Source: Octopus sinensis
Taxonomy: Eukaryota
DNA length: 64,000 nt
Reading direction: 5' to 3'
Assembly (NCBI RefSeq): GCF_006345805.1
Contig: NC_043008.1
Coordinates: forward strand, 8,990,001 to 9,054,000
Of this stretch, positions 12,818-25,849 are shown one piece after another; the first letter of the stretch is position 1, and every line of letters begins with the position of its first letter. The position numbers and the translations under genes are program-made. The notes under the pieces were generated by a model. It saw only the letters and a list, made by a program, of their open reading frames with translations, did not search any database and was not told the DNA's origin.

Positions 12818-14383
12818 CATATATATATATAATACATATATATGTACACATACAAATGCATATGTGTGAATGTATGTACGAATATATAAAGTATGTACAC
12901 AGGTACACATAAATATTCAATTAATGAGTTATGATCATGCAATGAAATTTGCTACAAAATGAAACCTAACTTCAAACCATTGACGATTCACTGTAATTGA
13001 AACACAGCATATGTCATCATTTATCATTGACATCAGTACGTTGAAGTTTACTGCATGCTTTTAAAATACTGAGATCGAAAATATTCTGCTTTAACTTATA
13101 GTTATAATGGAATTCATTTGACATTTCAGTCGCTCGTGTGCACTGAATACAACACAAATAGCTTGGCTTTTATGGTATCATTTCTATGAATGGTTTATAA
13201 TGAGTACCGAGAGATCAACGCTGCTTGTTCTACAACACATATTCGCATTCATTGCAATGCTTTATCATCGTAACAATTCCCCCCTCACCGTTCACATTTA
13301 AACATACTCGCGCTTTCGTAATATTCTCCGTATCTATAGATGTTGATGCATTTAAAATTGCATTCATCTGATTATTTCTGAAAGTGAATATCAACGTTGT
13401 ATCTCAAAAGAAATTATGATCTTGTATATTCAATAATGCTCCTAGACCTGTACCTTTGTATCACAGTTAATTCATCTCTCTATATTATACTTCACCCCAG
13501 GAGTTATTGTGGTTAGTAACGCACGATAATAACAATCGGGAAAATACTTTTGAAAATAGTCGCAAAAATAGGAGAGTCATGATTTCTCCCCAAATATTAC
13601 CTATCTTGTCATCATTTTAAGCAAACATAAATAAATTTTATGAATGCAGAAAACATATCATAGAATGGCCGTGTAGCAGAGATACATATATCTACACATA
13701 CACACGTATATTGCCAGTAATTTAAATCAGATCAATTTGCTGTTAAGTAGACGATGTGACATCAGTCACTGTCAGAATGTATGGTTTGCATAGACAAAGA
13801 AAGAAACGATGTGGAAACAGTCGACTGAGCCACGATTTCAAAACCTTCTACAATCTAATTGTTTATCGCCTTAAGGTTCATTTTAAATAATTTTGTTCTC
13901 TGACCTGCATTGATTAATAATCCCTCTGGCAGACCAGAAAGGAAACTGTTAGTGATATTTTATTTATCACACGTTGTTAGCAGTGAGAGTAATTGTCTTT
14001 TTGCATATGGTAAGCAACGCTATTCCACTGACAATTTTCCGTAATCTAAAGTCCGTTTACCAAACTTTATTTGCCTTTTTTTTTTTTTTCATTATTTTTC
14101 CTTTCTTTAATTCTTACACTGAAGTTGTTAAAAATGCATATAATTAAGGGTTAATTTGCCAAAATACGAGGTCTTCACACAGTTGAGTAATCCTAATCTG
14201 ATTTTGTTAAACACCGTTAGAATCCCCTTATTTGGGATTTTATTTTATTTAATGTTAGCTAACTGTGGCTTTAAAAATGAATAATCTTTGTTTGAAGGAT
14301 TTCACTGGGAATACATTTCAAGTGTTTATATTTACCCAGCTAGCTCCCAGAATATGTTTTGCTGTTGCTGTTGTTGTTAAGTT

Positions 14384-14470
14384 TGTTGTCAGTATGCTGT
14401 TTTACAATCAGGTTATGTAGGGTTCAATAGTAGTTAGAGCAGTCAGCCTGATTGCTGGGCAGCAACAGTA
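14384..14470 (+). ncRNA. Candidate pre-miRNA-like hairpin in unique sequence
   Basis: CAATCAGGTT/AGCCTGATTG stem extended by TGCTGTTT/GGGCAGCA (G-U pairs) and an outer TGTTGT/ACAGTA helix, with a ~20-nt loop. Matches no conserved miRNA I recall. Confidence 0.35.
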
Positions 14471-15771
14471 GCCGCAGGGATCTCATTTGTTATTAAAGGC
14501 ATTCATGAACTAACAAAATACATCCATGTGGCATTATTTGAAAAGTGCTTACATTTTCAAACATTAAATTACAGTCTTTTTCTTCCTTCATTTTTTTTTT
14601 CTTTTTGGTGTGGGGAGGAATTATAATCGACTGCACTTGTGTAGTCCATAAATATTGGTTGTTGGCTAAATGGCTATGTTTTACCGTAAAATAATACTTT
14701 TGTATGAATTTCATCTCAGTATAAATTCATTCTTTTCATTTAGCCAGAAGAGGGATCTTCTTTCGCCATTTAATAGCAATTAACGACCATTATTTAGTTC
14801 ATAAATCCACGAAAAATGCTTTCTATATTTACGATTTCTTTTATAGCTACAACAATGGTTTTCTTTAGATTTCTTTTCCTTTCGATTCTTCTTCGGTAAT
14901 GCTGATATTGTCGTTTCCAACATCAGCATTAAATTCATTTTAAATTCATGTTTGACCCAACTATCAAATTTATTTTAAATAAAACTTTTCTTCACAGAAA
15001 GTGATCAGAAGAATAGGCAAGGGATCTTTCTCTGTTTTACTGCACATTTTAAAGTTTTAAAATTAAGTGAAAATTTGGAGTATTGATGTAATTTTTCACG
15101 CTGAATCTCAGGGTCTAATTCACTTGTTCCAGAAAATTTTTTAAAAACAAGTTATAGATGTTTAAAGTTTCATCATTTTTACCCAGTCAAAAAGTAGGAT
15201 CTGGATGCTGTCCCTTTCTCCGTGACTGCAATCGTAAGACGACAAAACAATAATACCAACATCGCGACGATAGTACGTGTTTTAAGCATTTAATAAGCGA
15301 AACATTTTTTTAAATGTAGACAACACATATTTTGTAGTTCTAATGCGAGAAAAAAAAAGAGTAAACAACAGATTTATATCCATGTTTTCTACAGAAATGT
15401 GACATTAGGGAGATATTCGGTTGCATCTTGGGGCTCTATGTGTCGCTTTTGTTTATTAGGAATTTTATAGCAATTTCTTGCACTTGAATTGAAAACATTG
15501 GAAGTGTGATGTAGCGATCGCCAGTCCAAGAAAGGCTGCACTTCGTGTGAACATTTGTTTCATTTTCAAGCCTTCGAGAAACATACCCACAGTTTTTTTT
15601 CTTTTGTTTTTGAGTGTTTCGGATCGAAGTCTTTTTCAGATATGTTAGTCCAGCTGTTTTGGCGTTGTATCATCGGTCGACAAAAAGACAGTAGGTCCTA
15701 AGGAGTTTACTACCAATTTGTACGACGTTTGTTTCGTTTTTCATGCACCAAGTTTACACAGTATTGCTGCT

Positions 15772-16094
15772 TGTTTGTTTGTTTGTTGAGCGAAGCGGTC
15801 TTCGTCCCAGAGTGGGAGAAGCCCGAAACGTGGTCCTTTGCTATTCGTAAAACCCGCAGAAGAGAAAGCAGGTCTAGCCCCGACACTGAGAGCATCGACG
15901 GATGGATGAATGTACATCCACTCTCAGCGGTTGCGTAGGAAGTCGGGGATAAGAAACAGGAAGAAAGAGTAAGAAAAAGTTGGGGGCAAAAGAGTACAAC
16001 AGGGGTCGCCACCACCCACTGCCGGAGCCTCGTGGAGCTTTAGGTGTTTTCGCTGAATAAACACACACAACGCCCGGTCTGGGAATCGAAACCG
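15772..16094 (-). mobile_element. 5'-truncated SINE family C with (AAAC)n tail and 15-bp TSD
   Basis: TSD CACAGTATTGCTGCT at 15757-15771 and 16095-16109. Shares sequence with 49080-49240 (B box GGTTTCGATTCCC). Confidence 0.85.
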
Positions 16095-16793
16095 CACAGT
16101 ATTGCTGCTGTTTAGCAGGTGTAAAAATACATGACATATGAAGGCTGTCTACACTAATCTCAGACCTCTACCTCCTTCCTCTATTCTTAGATAGAGCTTA
16201 GCAATTTCTAGTTAACATCAGGATTTGCAGGTCTAAATGTCTATGGAGTAGGTTTCATCTACAAACCAGCCAAGAAACCTAAATATTGGTATCAGCACTG
16301 ATACTGCAAACACATTGTGGAATGTTGTCTTATTATAAAAGGAGAGCTCCGCATGATATATTTTTTCTAAGTCTCTTATAACATTCTCGGGTCACTATCT
16401 TTATTCACTACAACTCCGTATGATATACAGTAATCACTCGCCATATCGCAGTTAACCTATCGCTCCCTCAGTGCATCGCAGATTTTTCTGGCAATCGTGA
16501 ACTCCTCCGTGTATCGGGGGTTTCTGCGGTCGATAGGTATTTATATTTTTTCAGATTTTAATTATTTCTGTGGTAAAACAAGCAGTTTCACGCCTAAAAA
16601 TTAATAAATTAATGAATAAAAATATAGTATAGCACTGCACTGTATAAGACATTAATTAAAATATATTAAAAGAAAATACGTAGTGTATTGAAGATGAGTA
16701 AACAAAGAACTGCACGTGCTGTATGGAAAACGAAACTCGGGAGCCGAGTGTGTGGTGGTGTTTTGAATTTATAATAAAATAAATATATACAAA

Positions 16794-17046
16794 CTAGCTT
16801 AAGGTGACCCGCTCTACGCAAGGGTGAGTGTGTGGTTGTTACTTTCTGTTGCTTCTTTTCTGTTTCTTATCGCCACATTCTCCCTCTTTGTTTCTCTCTC
16901 CCTTCTCTCTTACTCTTCCTTTCTCTCGGTTGGTCAGGCAGGGCTGTGATAAAACGCATCTCAGCCGTGATTATCTCTCCTTCTTTTCAGACATACTCTC
17001 AGAATACATTATCCAGTATGTTCTTTCGCGTTCCGGTATAATATAG
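16794..17046 (-). mobile_element. Possible non-autonomous Helitron
   Basis: Terminal CTAG at 16794-16797 with subterminal ACCC...GGGT hairpin. The other end reads CTATATTATA on the minus strand, an imperfect 5' TC end. Confidence 0.4.
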
Positions 17047-19387
17047 TTTGAGCAACATTTGACTGCTATTTCAGATTGGTCAGGTCATCCTGGAGAGCTC
17101 CCTTTTATTTTAGCATCTTGCTAAAAACATTGCCTCTGTACAAGTTATATGTATGAGGAGTGGGGTAGGAAAGGGGAAATTAAAATCTCTGCAAATATTA
17201 ATGGATTATTGAAACTATGACGAAATATTAAGCTTGGAGCAATGTAACCATGGAGACGTCAACCAGAAATTGCAAGATTATGGAGTAATTGAAACGAAAT
17301 TGTTCTATTAAGTTTGAACTTGTGTCCCTAAATTAATTAATTGCGGATACTGCCACTAATTTACGGTGTACCCTCAACAATCATTTAAACAGGGAGTAAT
17401 ATGAAATGGTTTGCCTCGGCCCTTCTCCCCTCTTTTAGTGCCTATCACAAGTCTTTCCATTCACAATTCTTTGTCAAAATCACTTTGAACCATTTTCAGC
17501 CAGGTCGTTTACAATATCCCTTTGTGTATTTTGTATTCTTATGACAAGAGACGAATAATTAGTTTGGTAACATTGAGTGATCCCGTTAATTCACTTGACC
17601 ATGGTACCACTACGGCAGCTGTTTTACATTGAATCAAAAAATGTTTTGCATTCAGAAGCAGGGTCCGTCGAATTCGATCATTGCTTAGACACTTGATCCG
17701 TGATATTTCGGTGATTCACAGAAAGCATCCCATTTGTAAACTTTTCCAATATAATCAAATCACTCTGTGAGAAGTTATGATTTTGCACCACGCGATAACA
17801 ATGAAAAGCTATACAGATGATCGATAAATGCAGATTTTAATGTGTAATGAGACTTTCTGTTGTTTCAAAATCGAGCAATTAAGCAGAGTAGACCCTACTG
17901 TGTCAATCCTGTGTTTGATGTCTAATGATACCTGATTCTTTTAATAACATTTAAAATCAGTTGAAATCAACTCAGAAGAAATTAAAATATAAGCTTATTG
18001 ATGTTATTTGTATTTATTTGCATCAAGATTAGTTAATTCGCCTCCTGTTGACTACTACTTATCTCTTCAATATTTCAATAATGAAACGGAGTGTAAGGAA
18101 GCATGCATCATGCGAATCATGTAAATATTCCCCGATCCAAAGCTGTAAACGTACTTTGGAGTACTTAAATGCTATTTCAAGCTATTTAAGTGATACATGC
18201 AATAATACAAATTTTCACAGATTGGCAATGTAATTGCTTTAATATTATGGATGGGTTTTATTTCTAGTTAATATCGATCATTTGTTCTGTGCAATAATTC
18301 ATACGTCAATATTATACCTTTGAATTTATGGATATGTGTAGTGCCTATGCATTCATAACTTTGTAATGACAGTAATTATAATTTTATTGCCTGTGAACAA
18401 TAAATGGTTGAATAACTGTTTGTACCGAATGTATGGCGAAAATTAATGATCATCTCAACATGGCGGTTCTCGGAATAACGAGAGGGCGTCTTTCCTTTTG
18501 TTCGATATGCTAAAAAGTACCACCAAAATTTCCCTCAAAGCATTCTGTGTCGTCTTCATGTAGGATGCATTGGATAAGGTTGACGTCGTCAACTCAATCT
18601 GAATGAAAAACAGTGTAGATACAGTTGAAATGCGTTTATTTGTTGGTCTTCTTAATAAAACTAACGACTTTGAGCTAAACTGAAAACAACAACAATCACA
18701 TGATGGTTCAAAATGCTAGAAGCAGTAGCTAAGTTTCACTTAAATCACATTGTAATTTCTTTAAATTTTTTGGAAAAGGATATATTCGGTAATGTAGACC
18801 TAGAGACATTATGTCTGGAAAACAATATGTCTGGAAAACAATAAATGAGATGGTCACTCCTGAAGAACCATTGAACATAGACCCATTCAGTTAGTGACTT
18901 TGAGCTCACAAACAAGCAATAAAAATAACAATAATAATTACGCTGTCTTTATTAACACTGGACATTTGTCGGTTGTCGATGGAAAATGATACTAAATATA
19001 TTATCTACTATTGTCAAACAATATTAACCACTTTCCAGAGGTAGATAATTTCATGTGTGTGCATCGCAGTGAAGCCTATAAATTCTCGCATCTTTGGAGA
19101 AGTAGGGGAATCTACAATCTCCGACTCTTATTATTGGAACTATTACTACAAATCATTTTTCTGGTAATATTACACATTTTCCCTCGAGACTTGGCAGAGA
19201 AAAGTGTTGAAATGGTTCCGTTGCAAAAGATAATAGACAAATTCCACTTATGAAATGAGTTTCCATAACAATTTCATGTCAAGTGCACCAGTAAATATTT
19301 CATGTTTACGATGACGCTTATGTAGAGCAATCAAATCTTTTCTACTTGTGCACACAAACTTATACATACATATATATACATACATAC

Positions 19388-19425
<38 letters not shown>

Positions 19426-19459
19426 ATACACGCACATGTGTGTGGTGTATTCTTTTATT

Positions 19460-19665
19460 TTCTCCCCTGTTTTAATCTTTGGACTGTTGCCATGTCTCGG
19501 CACTACCTTGGAAGGTTTAGCCGAAAAGAATCAAAACTAATTTATACTTCCAGCTGACACTTATTCTGTCCATCACATTTTGCCGAATTGCTAAGTTTCG
19601 AGCACGTTAACCAACCAACACAGTCAGCAATCAGTTGGTGGTATGGAATACAAAAACACAAACAC
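19460..19665 (-). mobile_element. Degenerate SINE family A 3' half
   Basis: TTTGCCGAATTGCTAAGTT and other blocks are diverged reverse complements of the family A body. Confidence 0.6.
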
Positions 19666-19749
19666 AGATACGTACATGTTTGCGTCTGTGTATGAATGTG
19701 TGAGTGTGTGTATCGCATGTATTAGTCATATATCTACTCATATATTTCA

Positions 19750-20139
19750 CTAGCAGTATCGCCCGGCGTTGCTCGGGTTTGTTTCGACCCTTTAGAATTG
19801 GAAGTTTTGGAAAAGTAAACAGTTTGTATTATGTAGCTTGTTATTCTATTTAAGTGAACATTTTTCTGGTTGAAATACACCGAAAAATGGCGACACAGCA
19901 GTCAAAAAATCGTAAAAAAATAGGGATTTTTCATAGAAAAAAAGCACCTTTTTGATGTAAATAATTTTTGGTGTTAACATGGTCCGATTTGAATTTTTTC
20001 TTCTACGGAAGGAAGAGCAAGCCTTCTTCTATCATACTTTCAATTTTGGTCTCGCTGCAGGGTCTCGGAGGAGATAATGTTAGTTGAAGGCTACCGAACC
20101 TGCCATATACAGACAACTTCAGCTTTATATATAGAGAGA
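19750..20139 (-). mobile_element. Non-autonomous Helitron
   Basis: Minus strand starts TC(TCTCTATATATAAAG) and ends CCCGAGCAACGCCGGG-CGATACTG-CTAG. Inserted between A and T with no TSD. Confidence 0.85.
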
Positions 20140-20628
20140 TTTGTGAAATTATATGTGTACGCGGAGGTGTGTGAATGTAATGTATTTGATTTATACGTCA
20201 CAAATCACTCCACAATTGTTGATTGTTAAAATGAAAACGGTTCTAAATTTGTTCGAGTTTTGTTTAAAATTAGTGGTAAAAATGTCCGTTCGGTATTGTT
20301 TGCGTTATACTGTTCAGCCGTTCACTTCTTTGTGTATCATCCAACGTGTTATGACTGTATTTACAGCTTAAATGTTTAACATATGTGCATGTTTCTAGAG
20401 TTTGTCGTATTTAATTCAGCTATTTCCTATGTCTGTATGTGAATATGTTGTTAAACGTGAAACACTTTCTTCCTACGTGCAGACCCATGCGTTACTGTGT
20501 AGGCTATAAATATGATCGTTAAATATGTTTATAAACATATATAAACACATATACAAGACTGGAGAGGAAGAAAAACGGTTGGTCATTGCTCTAAACAATT
20601 ATTTCTAATGAACTTTTGACAAAGCAGG

Positions 20629-21048
20629 AGGTGCAGGAGTGGCTGTGTGGTAAGTAGCTTGCTTACCAGCCACATGGTTCCGGGTTCAGTCCCACTGCGT
20701 GGCACCTTGTGCAAGTGTCTTCTACTATAGCCTCGGGTCGACCAAAGCCTTGTGAGTGGATTTGGTAGATGGAAACTGAAAGAAGCCCGTCGTATATATG
20801 TATATATATATATATATATATGTATACGTGTATGTTTGTGTGTCTGTGTTTGTCCCCCTAGCATTGCTTGACAACCGATGCTGGTGTGTTTACGTCGCCG
20901 TCACTTAGCGGTTCGGCAAAAGAGACCGATAGAATAAATATGAGGCTTACAAAGAATAAGTCATGGGGTCGATTTGCTCGACTAAAGGCGGTGCTCCAGC
21001 ATGGCCACAGTAAAATGACTGAAACAAGTAAAAGAGAAAGAGAGTAAA
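20629..21048 (+). mobile_element. Full-length tRNA-derived SINE family A
   Basis: A box TGGCTGTGTGG, B box GGTTCAGTCCC, body with internal (TA/TG)n, tail GAAACAAGTAAAAGAG. Confidence 0.92.
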
Positions 21049-21699
21049 GCAATATACGCTTTCTCCTATCAAATACTGTCTACAAATTCTTTCTGTATAT
21101 TTGCTTATAAACAGTCATGATTTCTGATGAACTTATAAACAATTATGAAATTATTTTACTGCCTGTTTTCAACACTTTTATGTAAATGTTTAGACACGAA
21201 GCCTCTCTTAACATTTTCTCATCATTGTCAAAGATTCTATTTCTTATCATTTTCTTATCATTGTCAAAGACTCTATCGCTGTATTTTAATACATCTATGT
21301 TAACAAATTTTTAACACCACAGAGGCTACACAAAGCCTTGCACTTTACTGTTGAAAATCTTTTTCAAACAAAATGAAACCGGTCAAGTCAATAAACATCT
21401 TTAAAAGACCTCAGCATTTTCAAATCCTCTTCCCAATATATATGCGTGTGTGTTTGTGTGTGTGTGTGTGTTGCCGTTTATCCTAGACTAGAATACACAT
21501 ACATGTATTTTATTACCTTTAATATATACATAATATATAATATATACATTACCATAATATATACACTTACATGTATTGTATTACCTTTAATATATACATT
21601 TGCACATACACATGACACACGCAAACCCATAAGTATTAACTATATCTACCTATACATATTTTTTTCTTCTTCATGGGATATAAGCTATCAAATTACCTC

Positions 21700-22010
21700 A
21701 TCAGCGTATTCAAAATGTGCTCGAGCGTTTATGTTGTATACGAGGTGCACTGTAGTAAATATGGGACATCCTACATTAAGACTACCATCAGAAAATTATT
21801 GCACGTTCACATCAAGGAACAAATGTGCAAAGACAGTTCAATAAAAAAAAAAACACCTACAAAAGTGTCAGCAGGATTTCTTAGTATCCATCAGAGGCAC
21901 TGAACGCAATAGAGGCAATCTCAGAATCATGGAGGCCATCCTTATTAACAAACTGAGACCAGCTATAAACAACAGAAAAACGCTATGTGAAGCAGACTGG
22001 TTACAATAAC
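21700..22010 (+). mobile_element. Degenerate Penelope-like element GIY-YIG endonuclease fragment
   Basis: Translates SVYVVYEVHCSKYGTSYIKTTIRKLLHVHIKE (VVY..C...YIG.T.R.L..R.KEH-like) and, after a frameshift, RNRGNLRIMEAILINKLRPAINNR, a typical PLE endonuclease C-terminus. Confidence 0.75.
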
Positions 22011-22132
22011 AACACAAGTATGGATATGTGCCGTGTTATTTTTTTAACCCCGCCAAAGAGGTTATGTTTTGCCGGAGTTGGTTTGAGATTTTCAGCGTGC
22101 GTGTATATGGGTGGAATTAACCGCTTGTTATA

Positions 22133-22336
22133 TATTTAAATATATAACAAAATTATTTAAAAAATATAATTAATATAACACTACGATCGTTTCATGGCTG
22201 TTAATTTCTTTAAATTTTCGAGTTACAGTCATTCATCAGGTGGTTTAAATATTTAACTTGGCGAGGTTTAATCATGAAACGATCGTAGCGTTATATTAAT
22301 TATATTTTTTTTATAATTTTGTTATATATTTAAATA
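22133..22336. repeat. Inverted repeat (~65-bp arms), PLE pseudo-LTR inversion
   Basis: TATTTAAATATATAACAAAATTAT...CTACGATCGTTTCATG is mirrored by CATGAAACGATCGTAG...ATAATTTTGTTATATATTTAAATA. Confidence 0.85.
22177..22246 (-). ncRNA. Type I minimal hammerhead ribozyme (PLE-associated)
   Basis: Minus strand: CAC-CUGAUGA-[AUGACUGU...ACAGCCAU stem II]-GAAA-CGAUCG-UA-GUG. Intact core, palindromic stem III ACGAUCGU, GUA cleavage triplet. Confidence 0.75.
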
Positions 22337-22592
22337 ATATAAATTAAATAATCTTATGTATTGGCTTAAGTTTTTCATTGTATGATTTGCCTAATAGTGA
22401 TTTTTATCTCTAATTTAATATAATATATATATATATATTTATATATAAATACTTTAGCTCTTTTTTCCAGCACTGAATGTGTTCTAACAACCTCTGTCGT
22501 CTTCAATGACACTTATAGTTCTTTTTTTTGTGTGGGAGGGGGTAAATTGCTAAACAGTTGCTTAAATTATATATATATGTGTGTGTGTGTGT

Positions 22593-22630
<38 letters not shown>

Positions 22631-23832
22631 GCGTGTGTATGTACGTATCATCGTTCACATTTTAATATATGCAAAAGTATATGAAGGTCCGGGTATGTGC
22701 GTTCGCAGATGTGAGTGGTGTCTGCGTATGTCGAAAAAGTAAACCGCTTACGTTTTTTGTTTTTAATTCCGATATAAGTTTGAGATTTCATTTTCGGATT
22801 TTCTCTCTTCTAAAATTGACACGTGTCACGTGAATAATTTATAATGAATACCTAATGGTAATACATCTCTTCTTGACATTTTGCTGTCTGGGAAAGTAGA
22901 ATACGATAGTACAATGCACAGCGTAGAAATAATATTTATGCATGTGCCACAGGGTCGTATTACTGCTGTACTGAGAGAGCTAACGGTGTCATTAATAATA
23001 AGTAGATCAAGCGACTCCACAGAAAGCAATCTGAACGTTTAACAATCGCCACATAATCTCACAAACACACATATATGAAACACTTCTGCATAAATCACAC
23101 ACATGAGTATACGTCTGCTGAAAGGGTGCTGTGTATAAGTAATTATTTATTTCAAGCAATAGTACGAGAAATAGATTCTGATACGTGACCTTTCGTGATT
23201 AATCAGCTCAAATTACTAAAGTGAGTGAGAAAGAAACAATGGAATATTTTGACATACAGACTCTTCAAGAAGGCAATAGAGTGAAACAGACGCTCGCGCG
23301 AACACACACACACGCACGCACACCGCGCACGTACGTACACACACATAAACGCATAGATACGTACACATACGTATTCAAATATCTGTGTGTTGGTGTATCT
23401 GAAACAGAATTGTTAAGGTGCGAATAAAGCGTCTTGGCATTTAAATGTCGTGTGGCGTCCTGAGGAAACATTTCTATAAAGTAACCAGCGCAGTGTTCCA
23501 ACACCAGAAGCAGCATATGGAGGAAACATATAGACAAAGCTTTTAACGGTAAAGTGAGGTGCAACAGACCTTTGTTTAATCGAAGCACGCTTCACTGGGA
23601 ATTTTAACCAATCATGAACAAGCGGAGTAAGCTCAATACACAGCCATGGATATAATGTTTCTCTGAATAGTGATCGAGATTGTTTATTATTCTGCTATGC
23701 AATATCACGTCAAGGATAGTGTAATCAAAATAACTTCACAACTCAGAATAAACGACAGTAAGGTCCAATCTATAGTTATTTTATTTCATCTGAGCTCCTA
23801 CAAATGAAACTGTCTACCTATTTGTAGATCTA

Positions 23833-24391
23833 TTAGGTTGTATGGAAAGTCCCTGCCGATTTTTAAAGGAAAGACAAAGGTCAATAAATACTTGCCATTA
23901 CATTTTTAATCAACCAAATGTGAACCATTTTGCTGCACAATGCGTCTCCATCTTTCCTTTAACTTGAAAATACCCTCTTCCCTGAATTGAGGTGGTTTCA
24001 TGGTAAAGAATTCATCAAGGTATCTTTTTACGTCATCCAAGGAATTGAAATTTTTACAATTAAGTCTATTCTGCAGAGGTCTGAATAAGTGGAAATCCGA
24101 AGGAGCAACAACTGGTGAATATGGAGGGTGGTGTAACGCATCCCAGCCGAGCTGCAGCAATTTTTGTCCGGCTCCCAAAGCATCAAGTGACAAAAATGAA
24201 TTTCTTATGTTCCATTTTAAAGGGTTACAGAATTAACACAGGTTATAGGAACATAAACCTTCTTCCACGAAAAGATAGCTTAAATAGTGCTCTAAATGGT
24301 GGTGTAGTCAAATCCTATTTTATCGACTCAACCATGATCTAAAATAAGTCGAAAGGTAAGCTACTATAAATCGGCACGAACTTTCCGGACA
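23833..24391 (-). mobile_element. Internally deleted mariner DNA transposon
   Basis: ORF 23906-24193 carries HPPYSPVVAPSDFHLF (YSPDLAPSD motif) and RWRRIVQQNG. Imperfect TIRs TTAGGTTGTATGGAAAGTCCCTGCCGATTT / AAATCGGCACGAACTTTCCGGACA, TA at 23831. Confidence 0.92.
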
Positions 24392-24399
24392 GTCAGTCC

Positions 24400-24610
24400 C
24401 TTATCGTAGTTCTCAGGGAGGTTCAGTGTGACACAGAATGTGACGAGACTGACCCCTTTGAATTACAAGCACTACTCGTTTTTGTCAACAAAGTGGACGG
24501 GAGCAAGTAAAATAGTGTTTCACAAGGATACAACGCGTTGCCGGAATCGAACTCACACTTTACAATCGTGGGCCGACAACCCCTAACCACTAAGCCACAC
24601 GCCTTCACCA
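24400..24610 (-). mobile_element. tRNA-derived SINE family D (degenerate)
   Basis: Minus strand GGCGTGTGGCTTAGTGGTTAGGG...GAGTTCGATTCC (A and B boxes) followed by a GTTGTATCCTTG core-like segment. Confidence 0.7.
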
Positions 24611-24985
24611 TATCTCTGTATCGAAATATTTATATGTCTATCTACGAATCTAGCGACCTACACCTACATCGTCTGTTATGACGGTTAAACATTAAAACAA
24701 AATAACAATTAAACTGATATCTTTTTTTATCTTTTTTCTGTCACATAATTCTTATACGTTGGATGGTGTGTAAGATCCTAACACTCAGCGTAATATCGCT
24801 TTCTCAAAACATTGACTAATCTCTCACAATCTCTTATAAAACTCTGACATATATATGATGGGATTTCATTATATATTTTTTTTACCTGATTTACTACTTA
24901 ATATGACTCCCTCACAAAGCTACACCACATTAAACTGCTAAGACGCTATACTTGCACAAGATCTATCAATATATATCTGTGTGAA

Positions 24986-25200
24986 GGCGGCGAGCTGGCA
25001 GAATCGTTAGCACGCCGGGAAAAATGCTTAGTAGTATTTCGTCTGCTTTTACGTTCTGAGTTCAAATTCCGCCGAGGTCGACTTTGCCTTTCATCCTTTC
25101 GGGGTCGGTAAATTGAGTAGCAGTTGCCTACTGCGGTCGATAAAATCGACAGGCCCACTCCCCAAAGATTTCGAGCCTTGTGCCTAGAGTAGAAAATAAT
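24986..25200 (+). mobile_element. SINE family B (Nin/Deu-like domain)
   Basis: GGCGGCGAGCTGGCAGAATCG...GAGTTCAAATTCCGCCGAGGTCGACTTTGCCTTTCATCCTTTCGGGGTCG. Confidence 0.9.
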
Positions 25201-25256
25201 ATATATCTGTGTGTAATCGTGCGTGTGAGTGTGTGCGTGTGTGTGTGTGTGTGTAC

Positions 25257-25384
25257 ATCTACCAAATCCACTCACAAGGCTTATATATTCCGAAGCTAGT
25301 AGAAAACATTTGGTCAAGATGCCACGCAGTGGGACTGAACCCCGAAACACGTGGTTGGAAAGCAATCTTCTTACCACCCAGCCA
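25257..25384 (-). mobile_element. SINE family A 5' half
   Basis: Reverse complement of the family A head (CCACGCAGTGGGACTGAACCC...CTTACCAC). Confidence 0.8.
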
Positions 25385-25849
25385 TTTGTGAGCTTATAAA
25401 TGCATATATGTACATATAAGTGTGTGTGCATACCTACCTACCTACCTTGCTTCCTTCCTTCCCCCCTTCCTTCCTACCTACCCACAACATCCCGAACAGT
25501 CTCCATCTGAGATTCTTTAAATGACTACAATTATCCACTCGGTTGTGTGCATCTGAATGGACACATGTAGAAAGAAATACTGCACCAACATCCACGCTCA
25601 TGCACACACATGCACACAAATGCCTAAGCACTAAAAGGACATGACCACACAGAACAGAAATGCAAACGCTTACACCTATACATGATCACGCACCAACTCA
25701 ACTGCATATTTGCAAACCCGGTGAAATCTCTTCTCCCGAAAATTCTTGTTAAAGACTTGTTCGAATTCCATTAAGAAGCACTTAAATAAATCAATAAATA
25801 AATTAAGGAACTTAAATAAATCTCAAACACAGTTGGTCGATCGGACCCA

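Noticed and set aside
13778-13800. TTGCATAG resembling the start of miR-153 (also TTTGGTCCC near 34043 resembling miR-133)
   Set aside because: Only 8-9 nt match and there is no complementary precursor arm.
14998-15060. KVIRRIGKGSFS after an acceptor, resembling a kinase glycine-rich loop
   Set aside because: The frame stops a few codons later, with no donor or other kinase subdomains; likely chance.
20629-20705. tRNA-like A/B boxes (also at 49170-49240, 52127 and others)
   Set aside because: These are SINE heads continuing into SINE bodies, with no complete cloverleaf.
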